From NCBI GenBank assembly GCA_051294375.1, contig CM119266.1, forward strand, positions 27,357,017-27,421,016: a stretch of DNA of 64,000 nucleotides. The letters run 5' to 3'. The position numbers and the translations under genes were made by a program. Positions within the stretch are counted from its first letter, which is position 1. Each line of letters starts with the position of its first letter. The notes below the pieces were generated by a model. It had not been told where the DNA came from, searched no databases, and saw only the letters and a program-made list of their open reading frames with translations. Source of the stretch: Paraspadella gotoi (taxonomy: Eukaryota; Animalia; Chaetognatha). This document shows positions 39,695 to 60,401 of the stretch, in pieces.

Positions 39695-42016
39695 TCAAGC
39701 GCCGATATTGTCCCCCCATATCGCCATTGAGAACATGAGCATAAACCCAGAGAAGAGTCCCAGGTGTTGAATGAGGGTGACCAAGAAGTAATTTATGTCG
39801 GCGTTCAGCAATTCTTCGCCCAAGTTGTTGAGTTCGGGGATCATGTCGACAAGGGCGATGTAGACGAACATGCCGGCCGCGATGGCGAAGATCCACGGGT
39901 TGGCGTCCGAGCTCCCGCCCGCCACGATGCCCACGTAGACGCCGGGGAAGACAGCCGACGCCGCGATGAAGTTCCAAAGCAGAGCGCGACGGAAGTTCAT
40001 GCCAGAGTTAAGGAGGACGGCAATGTCGCCGAGTTCATGGGGGTACTCTTCGCAGATGATGGCAATGCCAATCTTTATGCCCATGGGGATGGTATCTGGG
40101 ATTGGGTAAAAAATTGAGGAATAAATTTCAAAGTGCTTGGGCGGAGGCCTCGTATTTTCAATATATTGAAATAGTTCTTTTTTTTTCCATTATTATATCC
40201 TTTTTTCTTTTTTCCCTAAAGAAATATCCAATCTACCACGAATCTAAATACTACAAATTAACCACAGTATTTCCTCCCACCGGTGAATGCGGCGCCCATA
40301 GAAAGTCCGTCGATAAATGTTGAGAATATCTTCGCCATAATTAGGATCCAAGCGATGGGCGCCACCTCGCCCGTCTCGTGCCGAGTGTCCGCCTCGAACT
40401 GCGACCTCGACGAATGAGACGGAAGACGCTGCCGCTTTTCCAGCTTGGCGGCGGCGGCTGCGGCAACAGCAGCGACCGCAACGGCGTTGTTGCGGTTCGA
40501 GTCGACGAGCTCCTTGAGAAGTTCGTCCGAAGACAGCACGTTTCCGTTCCCCTCACCCGGTTTTACGGGGACATCGATACTGACACGGTTTTTGTGGGGG
40601 TGATCGTACTCTGTAGGCAAAGGTATATAAGTAATGAGAGGGATGGAGGCCTTAACCCACCCTTGCTTGTACAAAGTTAACTTCTTAATTGAATAAATGG
40701 ATAATTTTATATTGGTTTTTCAAATTTCTTATAGGAGAGCTTAACAAAATATAACAAGACAACTTTTACAGATATGAACAGTATCCAATGGATGCTATCC
40801 AATAGTATCCATGTATCCATGTACTTCGCCCTTTTTTATTTTCTCTCACCGTCGTCATCGTCCATCGCGGAGACTTTGCTCATTAGCCTTTTGTTCGATT
40901 CCCGGATTTTCTCTAGCCTGTCTTGCCTGTCCTTCGTCTTCCGGTCCTTCTTCCACTTAGAAACGTCCCTCAGCACCCTCTCCACCCAGTAGAACAAATA
41001 ACAACCGCCCAGGATCATGGCCGCCTTGAAGACGTAGCCATGACCCTCCCCTCGCTCGTGCATGTCAAGACTGGCCGGCATGAGGTGAAGGATTCCGCCT
41101 CCCGCCAGCGTGCCGCAAGCTAGTCCAATAAGGTAGGTAAGGCAGATCTTGTAGGCGATATGCTTGCGAAAGGGATAGAGCAGGCCGCCGAATTGGGAGC
41201 CGGCGACTACGACAGCAGCAAAGGCGGTCCCGTACCCTACGCTCTTTTGCCAGGGGACCTTTTCCTCTTCGTCGTCGTCGGGCGAGGACACTGTCGCATT
41301 TGGAAAGGCGCAGCGACCCTCCACCGCCTCCACCATAACGGACATAACAGCCTGAAATATAATATGAAACATTCTTCATTTCTTGTGAGAAGGCTTAACC
41401 AAAGCCGAAAGCCTAAATTCAATTTTAATATTATAATAATAGTTATAAAGCGATTGAAAAGCTAAATTTTATTTTTCCTGTATTGTTCCTGTTAATAACG
41501 AAGAGCAAAACTGAATTTTCAATTTTTTTATGACTGCTAGAATAACGACTTTCCCAAGAGAAAACAAATCTGTGTCTTCAGGAAAATAAAAAAATTAAGG
41601 CATTATTATAGAAAACTCGTTTTACCAGTCTGTCGCTAGTCAAACTCCGACCATTAACCTCCAAACAACCCCCCCCCCAATTTCTTAACCTCGCGTTCAA
41701 CGCCATCCGTTCGCGCCAGCGGACAAACTATCTCCAAGCAACCCGTTAAGTTGTCCGCCGACACGCACGAGTCGACCGCCGTTATGTCTGCTTCGTTGGC
41801 GAAAAGTTCGACGAGTCTCTTGAGCGTGGTTGCGTTAAGATTTGGCGCAGAAACACCGTGCGACTGCATCACTTTCGTCACCAAGTAGCGCGAGAGTCCG
41901 GGATAGCACTCGTGGGTGGTAGGCAAAGGCGCGGACGAAGAAGCTTGCGCCATCGTCACGACGGCGGCGAAAATAGCGATTGAAACGCAGAATCGGTATT
42001 TTGCCGTGGGAGACAT
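39695..42016 (-). CDS. LIV-1 family ZIP metal transporter, ZIP8/ZIP14-like; exons 42016-41729, 41351-40850, 40610-40281, 40095-39695
   Basis: Signal peptide, GLACGTLAGGGILHLMP, IAWILIM..FIDGLSMGAAF, CEEYPHELGDIAVLLNSGM, AGMFVYIALVDMIPE; exon phases are compatible. Confidence 0.93.
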
Positions 42017-45000
42017 TTTTCTCCCTTTTGTCCGTTTTAGGTTTTTTTTTTGTTTGTTAGTTTTTTTTTCTGTTGTCTATTTAGGCCTATTTTTTTGTAC
42101 CCCGGGAATTATTTTCCCTTTGTATCACTAAAATTAGTCTTAAGAAGTAGTTGGGAATTAACGAGCCCTCCGAGTTATCGCGACTAAATTATTATCTGTG
42201 CGGATGAAACGAGAATTGAATGCGTCGGCGGCTCCGTCGTCGGCATCTCTCGCTCCCGACGACGACTTTGACGGCGAGACTCAAATCCAGTTTGTCCATT
42301 TGAAGTCGGGAAGCGAAGAGAAGGGAGAATAGGATATGACTCTCCTTACTTTTCTTTTTTTGGTACGCTGTCTCGTTCCTCTCGTTCGAATTCGGAAGAG
42401 CGGGCAATTTTTTCTTCTTTTTATTCCACAAAGTTGACTGGATGATCAATGATTCAAGAAGAGAGAGGTAGAAACTACGTCGACCAGTTTTTCTTCGTCG
42501 TTTATTTTTTTTTTTTTAATATTATTGGGTGACATATTCTCGATAAAAAGGCCTCGTACGCGAGAAAACGCAGTCGAGTTGAAACAATGCGGTCCTACTA
42601 CTTTTTTTCGCTCCCGCGGAAAAAAAATAATTGAGATCGATCTTGAGTTCGAGACTTCGTGAAGTATGAAAAGGTTGAGAGATTTCGGAGAGAGGGAGGG
42701 AGAGATAAAAAGAGAGAGAGAGAAATATAACGAACCGGTTCCTTGATCGTTGATGGGCGCTTTTTTCTTTTGATAAGTGGACAGAGTGCAATGAAAAAGG
42801 GTGGATTGCCTTCGATTAAAAACACCGACGCGAGAACTTAGAAGTAGTGACGTACTTTTTTTAGTCGTCAATTTTATGGATTTGCGAAGTATTTTTCCAA
42901 GTCATGTCCCACAACGGTTAAACTGATAATTCGTACTTTTTTCTAATTGTTTTTGACGTATATTCGTTCGAAATTGAATCTAAAGCAAGAAAAAAATGTA
43001 TTCGGGTGAGACGTTCACGGATTTCACCAGTAATAACTGCTGGGTACACGTCCTTAAATTTCTGGAAAAACGGAGAATAATAAAGATTTAAAGATGAAGA
43101 TAAAGGAAATCGGAAAAACAGAGAGCGTTAATGATTTAATTATTTACCAGTAAAAAAATTTATTCGGATTCAGCGATTTCAGGAATAGGTTTAATTGGTT
43201 TAATTTTCACATACGACCTGAAGCTACTAACCAGTTAAAAGAATGAAGTAAGCTGGGACGTTGTCCAAAACTTTAATTAATTGCCAATCAGTCCGAACGA
43301 TTAAAATAAAATTGGCCGGGAAAAATTATTTTGAGAACGTCCAGCGTTTGAGTTGATGAAAAAAAGAAAAACAAAAATTTTCGGCGAAAAAAAAATTTAA
43401 TTCAGCTTCTCGCAATAAGGAAAAGCAAATGCTAAGTTTCGTCTATCGCCTCAGGAAATAACGTTGAAAAGGCAAGAGAGTGCGAGGGTACTGTTAATTT
43501 CACCGACAACTTCCTTCGATTTTTTGTTTCAAATCGATTATTCGATGAATGACGCAAACTGACATTTGATGGCGACCGACTTTTTTTCTCGGTTGAGGGG
43601 TTGAGGGGGGGTGGGGGCAACGATATAATGCAACATCGGTTCATTGAACGGATTTTCTCTTTTGCCTCCCATTCACGATTTCCATCTCTCTTTGTCCACG
43701 TTTTAATCTTTGCCTGCTATTCTCTCCTGGCAACTTGGATAATTTACATAGGCTAAACATAGGTCGGTAGGTAGTATTCAAATTAAAAATGTCAAATTAT
43801 CAACAACGACAACAGAAATAAGAGCGTTCATAACCTCCCTTCTTTAGATGTCTCTGCACTTTTCATTCTGAAAGGTAAACTCATTCGCCGAAGATGAACA
43901 TCATCAGTTTAAAAAAAGGGGAAAAAATGTTCATCGACATCGTTGAAAGTTTTTCCGGTTGTAGATTTTTTTCCCTTTTTTTTCTTTTTTTCTTTTTTTT
44001 TTTTTGGTGATCGTTCGCCTCGGTGATCGATTTCGAAGACGAGACGTTAATCGAGAGGTAGCTGGTAGATAACGGTAACTGCTAACGGTGATTAATGATC
44101 AGTGATGATATACTAATACTTAATTAAAAATTTTATTTATTACTTTTTAAAATATTTTGTTTAATATATTTTCTAAAAAAAAACGATTGAACGGAGTTCG
44201 TCTTCCAATGCAGTGGGTATACGGTTTAGTTACTAAACAGTTTCTCAACTGCTAAACTGAACGAATTGTTTTCTTGCATTGAATGAAATAATATATATTG
44301 GTTGTACCAATTTCATATAATTTTTTTTAAAAAATGCTAATCATCATCGGGTCGTAACAAAAGTCAAACAGACCTAATCCCGAAACGCATTCATAGAGGT
44401 CGCTTTTTGTTCGTGTTGTTCGCGTAAAAGCTTAACAAAACCGCAAGACGGCAAGTTTAAAAATGCGTATCAGTAATAAAAAAGGAGTTTAAAATTATAA
44501 ACAAGTATTTTTTTAGACGTTAGCTTATAACCACCTAAGATAAAGGTCTATATTTTTTTTCTGTGAAAACTATTGCGAAATACTGTCACACTTGGCAACT
44601 GAGATATTTCTCCACAAAGGTCACCATGACTCATGAAAAATAATTTTAGTTTCCTTTTTCTGGGCCAGGACCTGGCTAATACTTTAAGTTACTTATTTAC
44701 TTGGCGCTGAATACTTAGAAATGGAATTTCTCTTAATTAAAGATCTACAATTTAATAAAATACGCAGCTTTTCATGAAAAATAAGGATTTCATATTGATT
44801 TTATATTAACTTAATTAAGTATAGCCTCCATCCTCCCACTTCTTCCCACACCTCTTTCTCTTTTCCCACCCTTTCCTCCATCAACTGCGTAGCGCTGCTC
44901 TAATGTTCCCGCCGCCGCAGCAGACGCTACCGCAGCCTCCTTTCCCAGCACGAGCAGCTTTCCCCCGCCAGCGCGCGCGACTCGTTTTTGTCCGGGATCG

Positions 45001-45028
45001 GCAAGCGGGCGCGCGCGCGTAAACGTTG

Positions 45029-45157
<129 letters not shown>

Positions 45158-46033
45158 GTTCCCGGACTCTCCTGCTCACGGTTGCATCCTCAATGCATCC
45201 CCGATTCCGAGCGCAGATCCGCATTCGCAAGTCGCTAGCGAATCTGGACTCGTCACATTAATCAGTCTACATACGTCGGAGTCCCCGGATGTCGTCCGAC
45301 CGATGTTACGTATTCCTTTTTTAAAAATCTTTTTCATGCACTTAGCAATTCTCCCCCAAAAAATTGTTTACTGGTCGTAACACTCACACTCAATGCAACT
45401 CTCAAGGAATAGGGAAATAACGGATTTTCTCGCGAACCTATGTAAGCGCGCATTGCTCGCCTTTTTGTATTATGCTCTTGTATTATTCGCTTGAACCGGT
45501 TGCATTTCTGGATCGCGTGATAAAGTTGCGTGCAAGCGCACAAGAAGCTAAAAGAACCAGGTTTGGTAGAAAATTGTTCGGGAAGATCATTTCTCTGTTT
45601 CTTCGCTCAATGATTCACTAACGGCCATAAACGGTTTATCGTATAATTAGATTTGATTATTTTTATTGACGCTCCATAGTAACTTTAGATTCAAATAATT
45701 AGCCGTGTGCAAATACCCAAAACGGAACGAAATACTTATCGGAATTTACACTTATTGTCGAGCCCACAATGAACAATGAAAGCGTCGAAAATTCAACTGT
45801 TTGCTGACTTCAGAAATCTTTTTCTTCAAATTTACGTGACCGATTTATTTATGTTTTATGTTTATTTTTTTATGTGACTCATCCTAATATTTTTTCTTTC
45901 CTTCGTAACTTAGACGACCAATACTATCCAATCTCCAATATCCATCCAAGTCAAAAATCTATCGTACAAAAAATATTTGTTTCACCAAGGCTAGAAAAAA
46001 CATAATCATTGCATTGTTATACGAGAATAAATT

Positions 46034-46209
46034 TTGTGTATTAACTCTCTTTTCGTTGCTATTAGGTATTAAGGAGAAAACAGTTTTTTGAATTTAAACA
46101 ACGATTTTTTATTGGCAGTTTATAAGTAGGGACATGTTTCGGCTCACATGGGTTACAGCCTTCATCAATAAAAAATCGTTGTTTAAATTCAAAAACTGTT
46201 TTCTCCTTA
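46034..46209. mobile_element. Short Penelope-like fold-back insertion with a truncated hammerhead on the minus strand
   Basis: 13-bp TSD acgagaataaatt (46021-46033, 46210-46222); about 45-bp inverted arms. The minus strand of 46131-46167 reads UGAUGA-a-ggcu...agcc-GAAACAUGUC. Confidence 0.7.
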
Positions 46210-46873
46210 ACGAGAATAAATTATATATTATCATTATTTTCTTTTCCTGTGTAGATTCATCAATCATACATAATATTGCATATTGCATATTGCATTTCTG
46301 AAATGAATTTTAATTTTAATTTTAATTTTAATTTTAATTTTAATTTTAATTTTAATTTCAATTCGATATCTTATTTCCAGATTTTAGTTTTTCTTTATTT
46401 CGACGCCACAACGAGATATTTTTTTTCCGGTCCGGATGATGAGCGAGGCAGCGGAGCGCCGGTCGAGTCCGACGCTTCCGCCGGAAGAACGCGCGGCCGA
46501 TCGAGACGACGCCGGAACGACGGCGTCGGAACGGCCATGGAACCTTCGACGATGACGCAGCACGTGACGCAAAGAAAAAAATATGACGCAGCAAATGATG
46601 CAAACACAAAATAAAAAACCCGCAGCCTCACCCCGAAATAAATGATGAATAAGTGAGTAATGCTTTTTTTTTTCTCCGGACGTCACGAATTTTAAGGGGA
46701 GAATGATTCGATTGAGAAGAGAAAGAGGGAGAGGAAGACAAACAGTCAGACAGACAGACAGACAGAAAATCAGATCGACCGACCAACCGAAAGACCGAGA
46801 GACTGTCTTATGTAGATGAGAGAGAGCTCATAAAAGAAAATAAAAATAGAGAGAAACAGAAAGAGAGGGAGTT

Positions 46874-46929
<56 letters not shown>

Positions 46930-47024
46930 TACAGAAATAGGCGGAAAGAAAGGCCCAAAGACAGAAAGAGAGAGTATTGTGAAAGTCTGAAATAGTGAGT
47001 GGAGAGAGAGAGAGAGAGAGAGAG

Positions 47025-47124
<100 letters not shown>

Positions 47125-48142
47125 AAGAGACGGCGTCACGGACTCGATATTCGTTCGTGTTTCTCGACTCAAGAGATCGGGAATGTTCTTTCCTCCTTTT
47201 GTGATTCTTTCCTTTCTTTTTTTTTGTTCCCACTTCCCTCTGTTCTTATTTCTTTTCTTTTTTTTAGAATTTTTGCGAATCCATAAATAGTCCTTTTCGT
47301 TCGTCTCCTTTGAGTGTACATACCATGTATGACGCCCGAATTTTCGACATTGTCTCGACTACCGTTGCCTAGTGAGTTTCGTTATCATTACGTAGATTCC
47401 GAAATTCAAATGCAAGTTTTACTCCAATTTTTATGCATTTTTGTTTCAGGATAACTTCATTTTTTTGATGCATTTTCACGCGAGGGACGAATGGATGTCC
47501 GGACGAGAATCGTTTTCCGCTGTCTTTCTCCAAGATTTGGATCTTCGTACAACTGATTTTAGAATTTGAAAAAAAATGTAGGTCCTATTTTGTCGGCTAA
47601 GAAATATTTAATGAAATTAATATTTTTTAGTTTGTGTAATCGCCTATGCAGGTTCAGACGCCTATTCGGTGAAATTTAAAATCTAGACTCTTATTACTAT
47701 TTGTAGTAAAAAAATGTTCAACAGTCAACTTTCTGTTAGATAGCAAATAGAACAGATCATTTGTGGAATTATCCATTCATTCGATAAATAAGCTTGCCCC
47801 TGACTTTGGACAGGCGATGGTGTGTTAAGGACTCAATTCCTCTTAGTCTTACGAGATTATAAAATACTTAGCAGGACTTTGCGAGCTTTCTATCTCGCCG
47901 GTCTCTCACTTTATTAACTCATGGGTCTTCCCTATCAGTTAAGTGGTAAAATGTTTCTGTGAACTGATTTAATTGTACGTATAAAAGGACCACTCGCTTA
48001 AATTGATTATATTATGGAATACTATATTACTCTCCTCGCTAACCTCATTGAACGTTTTCTCGCAGATAATAAAAGCACACGAAGGACTTGGGGACGGACG
48101 GACGGACAGCCTCCTTCGGAATTATTAACAATCACCGATATC

Positions 48143-54303
<6,161 letters not shown>

Positions 54304-55654
54304 TGTTCGAAATCGGGGAAGGGGACGGGTGGGGGGGGGCGGAATTTATGAGGTGGTTGTGAGGATTTTTTTTCTTCTAGAGGGAAAATGAGCGGAAGAC
54401 GAGTTTGATATTCTTACCCACATCAAAGGCCTTTTTTTTAAAAAAACTCCCATTAATACCCTCTTTACTTTAGCTCCTCGCAATCGACTGCTCCGTCTCT
54501 CATAAACGAAATGAAACCAACAGGTATTAATTAAACTCAAAAGAAATCTTAACCAGCATCTCTTATCCCTTATCCCGGTTCGTACGTATCCCGGAAGCAA
54601 ATCATCAAAATGTATCAAAGAGAATAATATCACTCGATAGGATGAGACTCTTGTGATCAAACCAACATTTCTTCCACAATTGTGCGTTTTTTTTTACTAT
54701 TCCAGCTTTCTATAAACAATGTTTTCATACGTAATATTTGTAATAGGAATGTTTTCCATGAGGTTTTTGTCTCTACTGGCTGAATTTTTTATTTTTTTTA
54801 TTTTTATGAACTTTTTAGGATTTAAAAAAAAAGATCTTCATATCCAAATATAGTTAAAGATAAAATCAAGTGTTTTAAATTATTTTTTTAAAAAATGGTT
54901 TCTCAAAGTTTTCTAAACTTGCCTTTGTCAGTAGACAAGACCGATATTGTCTTTTCCATACAACAAAAAATATTCACTTTATCATCGACTCGATATCTTT
55001 CCCCTCATTCGTCGTCAACAACAAACAAAAATATAAAAAAAACAACAAAAAACAAAAAACAAAAAAACAAAAAACGCACTCATTCTCTTTTCATAAATTG
55101 TTTGAAATTCTGAACAGAGAAAGTCAATCAATTGTATCACGATTCCTTCGTTTGTTTTTCGAATTACCCGACCCTTTGTAGACTTAAAAAAAAACATCAG
55201 TTTATTTTTTTCCTCAGTATAAATTAAATGGTTACGTTTTGTTTAAGTTCTATTTTAATTCTTTAATAATTTAGCTTTATGAGCAAAAAATAATTTAAGT
55301 CTAGAAAGTAGAAACACAAATGAAAAAAAAAAACAACCTAAAATATGATTTTAATTAGGCTAAAGACAAAAAAAATCCGCCAAAGACAATTATATTGTCT
55401 TCGTTACATTATTGCAAAGCTTTCCATGAGTGAGCATAGCGTTTTTGTAATCAAATAGACAGATGAAAACATCATTCTAAAATATAACAGTTGCTAGTTT
55501 GTCATACGTTTCATAATCCGTAAGCATGCCGTTTTTTCTTCTTTCTTTTTTTTGTAACAAGGATAAAAATTGTCACGCGTTAACTCAAAAGGCTTGAAAA
55601 TTGAGAAGATGCAGACAAAGGTCATAGTTTCAAACGTGTGCATCCCGTTAGAAG

Positions 55655-55711
<57 letters not shown>

Positions 55712-56678
55712 CACACACTTTTTTTTAACTTGATCGAACAACGAGGCCCTTCTTTGTCACCCCATCGTTGAAAATGAGAGACTCAAGTTTTTTCAATATT
55801 TCTTCACAATTACTTTTAAAATTTTCTCGGTCGTTTCACCGGGAAGTTTTGTTTCGCATGATCGAATCGATTGACCGACCTAATTGTCTCGCTCTCTGTC
55901 TCTCTCTCTTTCTCCTCGCGGTTTTCTAAGATTCTCGTGGCAAAGTTTTATGGATCGAATAAAAGCTCAGCTTGTGCCTGTCGCTTGCAACGAGATCGAG
56001 TGCTCGTGTTATAATTAATGTAGTTAATCAAAATATCATCACTGATATGATTACTTTTCATAATTAGTTGGTTAATTAACAATAACCGTTAGGTAAAATA
56101 TAGAACGCTCGCTCCGTATCGACCATTTAACATTTTTTTAAACAGACGGCTTAACTTATTTCTTGACATTTATAAAAAATAAGCCGAGTCACTGTTCCCA
56201 CGAGAATCAAATGCGAATCGCGGCCAGTGTTTTTTTTTTTTCATCTCTTTGTACTTTTATTCCTGTTTACCAAATAATCCGATTCGTTGCTTATTAAACT
56301 TTTTTATTCTGAATATTTTGTTAACTTCTTTTATATATTTTCATTTTTCAATGTAGTAGTCTAGGTAGTATATCAATATCTGAATGATTACATTATACAT
56401 ATGAGCGTTTGATTGCTAAAAAAAAAGATTGATAATACCGCGCAGACATAACAAAAATTCTCTCGTTTCAGCAATCTCTCAAATTTAACAAATCTCATTT
56501 CAGCAATCCTAAACAAAACTACGTAAAACCTAATTGAGAAAAAAAAATTACATAATACATTGTATTTTATTACATTGTAATAATAAAATATTTCTTAATC
56601 AGGTTGAATTTTATAAACAGTTTTTTCGGAAATTTCCACTTACAGATACACGCAAATCCGGTGGGTTTTGGAGTAGAG

Positions 56679-56744
<66 letters not shown>

Positions 56745-57177
56745 CCCCATCATGCAATGCAATGCCATTGACAAACAGTTTGGGAGAGTAAGTCGCTCCG
56801 CTGCCTTTGTTGGGTATTGCTTATCTTAAATTTTACAAAGTTCATTTAATAAAGTAATAATCAGTCCACAAATATCATATTAGCGAAGGTTAAACAAAAA
56901 ATCAACTGCAACCGTTATAACTGGCTGATGGACCGACAGATCGATAACCGGTAATGTCATTTTTTTCTGTTTATTCAGATTTTTGTTTTTTTATTGTTGG
57001 AGCTGTACTTATGCTTTCGGTCTCTTTTTTTTAACAGAGTCGTATTTGACCTAAAAAGCAAAAGAGATATTGTATTTGCGTTCATGAATTTATTCTTTAC
57101 AAACAAGGACGTCAGTGTAACAACAGGACAACGATGCTTAAGCTGTGAGATTCGGTATCCGAGCCAGAGAAGAGCTC

Positions 57178-58668
57178 TCAATGCAGCCCGTTTCTGAAAG
57201 TCAGAAAAGCGGAGACGAAAACGAAGCGGGCGTCGAATTCCATTTTTCTTCCATCGTTATTTCTGTGGGTGTCTGCAAAGCCAAATTTGACGAAGCTCAT
57301 TGTAATTAATTTAAAAGTCCAAAATTAAAAGATCAGTTTGTGTGAGTTGACTTACCTGACCCTATCTGGCATTTCTCGCCGTACCAGCCCTGTCGACAGG
57401 CGCATGAGAATGAACCTAAGCTGTTGTGACATCTCGCTCCGTTTTTGCAAGGGTAAAATAGGCATTCGTTTATGTCTGGAGACATATAATCTTATGAAAG
57501 GGTGTTATATGGGATTTTCGAGAGAAACTTAAGCGTGTAACTTTTCAACTATATTACACTATGTTTTTGAAAAAACTAACCCTTTTTGCAGAATGTTCCG
57601 TTCCATCCAGGTTCGCAGACTCCCTGATTGCAGATTTTTCCGCTCCATCCTTTTTTGCAAACGCAGGATCTGTCTATGTCCTCAACGGTGCAGGTTTCCC
57701 CGTCGATACAAGCGGAACAGAAACCTGCAAAATTGTTAAAATCGATTTTAATCGGGGTCGAATAAGAAAATTTTAACAGTTATAGAGGTAGTAATATTTT
57801 AATATAGTAAATTCATTTACTTCTTAAGCCTTGTAATATGGCTTCCGTCATTTCCGGTTTGTCCAAAGCCTCTAAGAATTCTTCCTTGAAATAATTCGAT
57901 TCTCTTGCGGCCGACAATTTGGCGCCACGTGCCACCAGCGCCTCGACGTACGAATATCTAGATTTTTGCCTTATTATTATTATAACAAGAACGGTAATTC
58001 CAATGTGTTGCGCCGCAGTGAATTTATTTTCATGTGTATCTCTCTTTGATCACATGATATGACATGACATGACTAAAAACTTTCTTTGCCCGTGTATTTA
58101 TGACAAGAATTGCATCAAAATTACGTATTTTATTCCTTATAGTTTTAGTAATTTCTGATGTCCCTTATATATGATTTTTTTCTGCTATTTTTCACTTGAG
58201 GTAGCGATATTATTAACGATTTGACCTACGAAAAAATGGAAGGAAGCTACTGAAAGAAAATTTAAAGTAGATTCTGAATCATTTTGATTTTTTAAAAATA
58301 GAACAAGTTTTCGAGTAGGTATCCTCCACTAAAATGTGATATACTTTTTTCCTAGATGGTACATATCTTTCATAGTTATGTCGTCATGTGATCACCCAAA
58401 AATACCTGTGCTAAGAATGTCACTGTGGCGCAACACATTTGAATTACCGTTCTTCTTGTTGTTATCATACATGATAATCAAAAGGGAGCTAGAGGTAAAC
58501 TCTTCTTAAAAACCCTTTTTCTATTTTGTATTTTCTATTTCTATTCTATTACCTGCTTCTTCTGATGGCGATTCGGAGCGGGGTCCTTCCCCAATACTCT
58601 TTGGCGTCAATGTCGACGTCTTCTTCCAAAAGACGACGAACGATCTCGATGTGATCTCGGTAGCCGAC
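57178..58668 (-). CDS. 3' part of an ankyrin-repeat + EGF-repeat protein; exons 58668-58553, 57957-57821, 57724-57581, 57475-57356, 57272-57178
   Basis: ANK: HIEIVRRLLEEDVDIDAKEYWGRTPLRIAIRRSRYSYVEALVARGA. EGF: CVCKKGWSGKIC, CEPGWNGTFC. cbEGF: DINECLFYPCKNGARCHNSLGSFSCACRQGWYGEKC. Phases are compatible; last exon uncertain; 5' end not located. Confidence 0.8.
57987..58454. mobile_element. MITE with about 35-bp TIRs in an intron
   Basis: aagaacggtaattccaatgtgttgcgccgcagtga ... tcactgtggcgcaacacatttgaattaccgttctt. Confidence 0.8.
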
Positions 58669-59099
58669 CTGTAGAATGCGGTTAATTCAAGTCATCGAGT
58701 CAATATGTTCAATATAAATATAGTAAAACAATTTTTACTTGATTTAAACAACGATATAGTTTTTTTTGTTACCTACGAATGGCACAAACTAAAAAATTAT
58801 TATACAGAAACTATTCAATAAATGTTAACTTATTATATATATGATAGAAAAGATCTTAATGTTTTTAAAAGTATCAGATTTATGCAAAAGTTACTTAGTG
58901 CATGCTCATAATGTTCTCCTTTTTAGAGAGGAAAAAAATTTGATTCTTAAAATTCATGAGTTTTAAGAAAAAGATTTTTCCCATAATCTGCTGCATATTT
59001 GGTTCTACAATCGGATTCAGCGCAGTTAACGATGTTGGTTTTTTGTGAACACAATTAATGTTACCCCATTACAAAAAATGAAGTAAAAAGATGTCTAGG

Positions 59100-59510
59100 C
59101 TTCATGAGAAAAGGGAAAAGGTAAGTTGCACAGCACCTTTTTTTATGAGAAAGTTGATTCCATTTGCTGTTCATCTGGTTGTTCCATCCTCCCACAACCA
59201 CCTTTTTGTTAAAAAGGTGCATCTTTCAGCCACTGGTCAGCCACTGGTCAGCCCTGTTCCATCAACATCTGTAGTTGGGAGTCCCTAGTGATCCTGGGTG
59301 AACCTTCTTTCCACACGTTGGTGGATTTTCAAAATCTGAGATTTTTTCAGCAAACAAGATTCCATGGATTTGTTGAAACTGTGTTTATAAATCGTTTGAT
59401 CGAAGGCAGCAAAACTTATATCCCTAGAACTTTGTGCTTCTGGTTCATATTTAAGTTTAGCTGTAACTTCTGATTCAAATTTTCTCTCATGTTTGACGCT
59501 AAATTGTATA
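59100..59510 (-). mobile_element. Possible highly decayed CR1/L2-like LINE fragment
   Basis: Only weak motif remnants (..QRVERRFT.., W-N-P-like) typical of the region downstream of RT. Confidence 0.25.
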
Positions 59511-59601
59511 ATCACCAAGAAACAAGTTTGAGCAAAAAATGTCGGATCTGCCTACAATAATTAAGCGGTAATCTGCTAATCAGATGATAAATCACAATAT
59601 T

Positions 59602-60346
59602 TTTAGTCGGATCTGCTTATCAGCAGATCCCGACTCTATAATTTACTTTGTCGGTCCGTCGGTCCGCCCCCTCAATATTGTCGGGCACACACTTATATCA
59701 TGTCAGAACATCGAATTATGATAAATTATGCAAAAAAAACGATGTCCGTCCGTCCGTCTGTCTGTCTGTCTGTCTGTCCGTACGTCCGTCCGTCCGTCCC
59801 ACCTTAGCAAAAAACTCCAATTACTCGTGATTGGATGGATGGATTGGTATGAAATTTTGTGTGTGGGTAGGAAACTGTGTGATTGAGATGGATATGAAGT
59901 TTCGAGGGAATCGTGCGAGTGGAAATTGGTTTAAATGGAAAAAACAAAAAAATATATTTCACTATTTGAACGCCAATTGCTCATGAGTGGATAGGGCTAT
60001 TGACTTGAAATTTTGTATGATGGTAGGAAAGTGTGTGATTGAGCTGGATATAAAGTTTCGATGGAATCGTGCGAGTGGAAATTAGTTAAAATGGAAAAAA
60101 CAAAAGTCATATTTACTTGAAGTATTTTTACTTAAATTTACTCATAATTATTATGTTTATTAAAAATTGGATAGATAAATCGAAATTAAATTTTGTGTTT
60201 GGGTAGGAAAGTATGTGATAAAGCTGGATATAAATTTTTTGGAATCGTAGGAGTGGAAAAGAGTTCAAATTAGAAAACCAAAAGACACATTTATTTGAAT
60301 TTTTTCAAGTTTCTCTCTCTCTATCTCTTCTGTTATTGATTGATTG

Positions 60347-60401
<55 letters not shown>

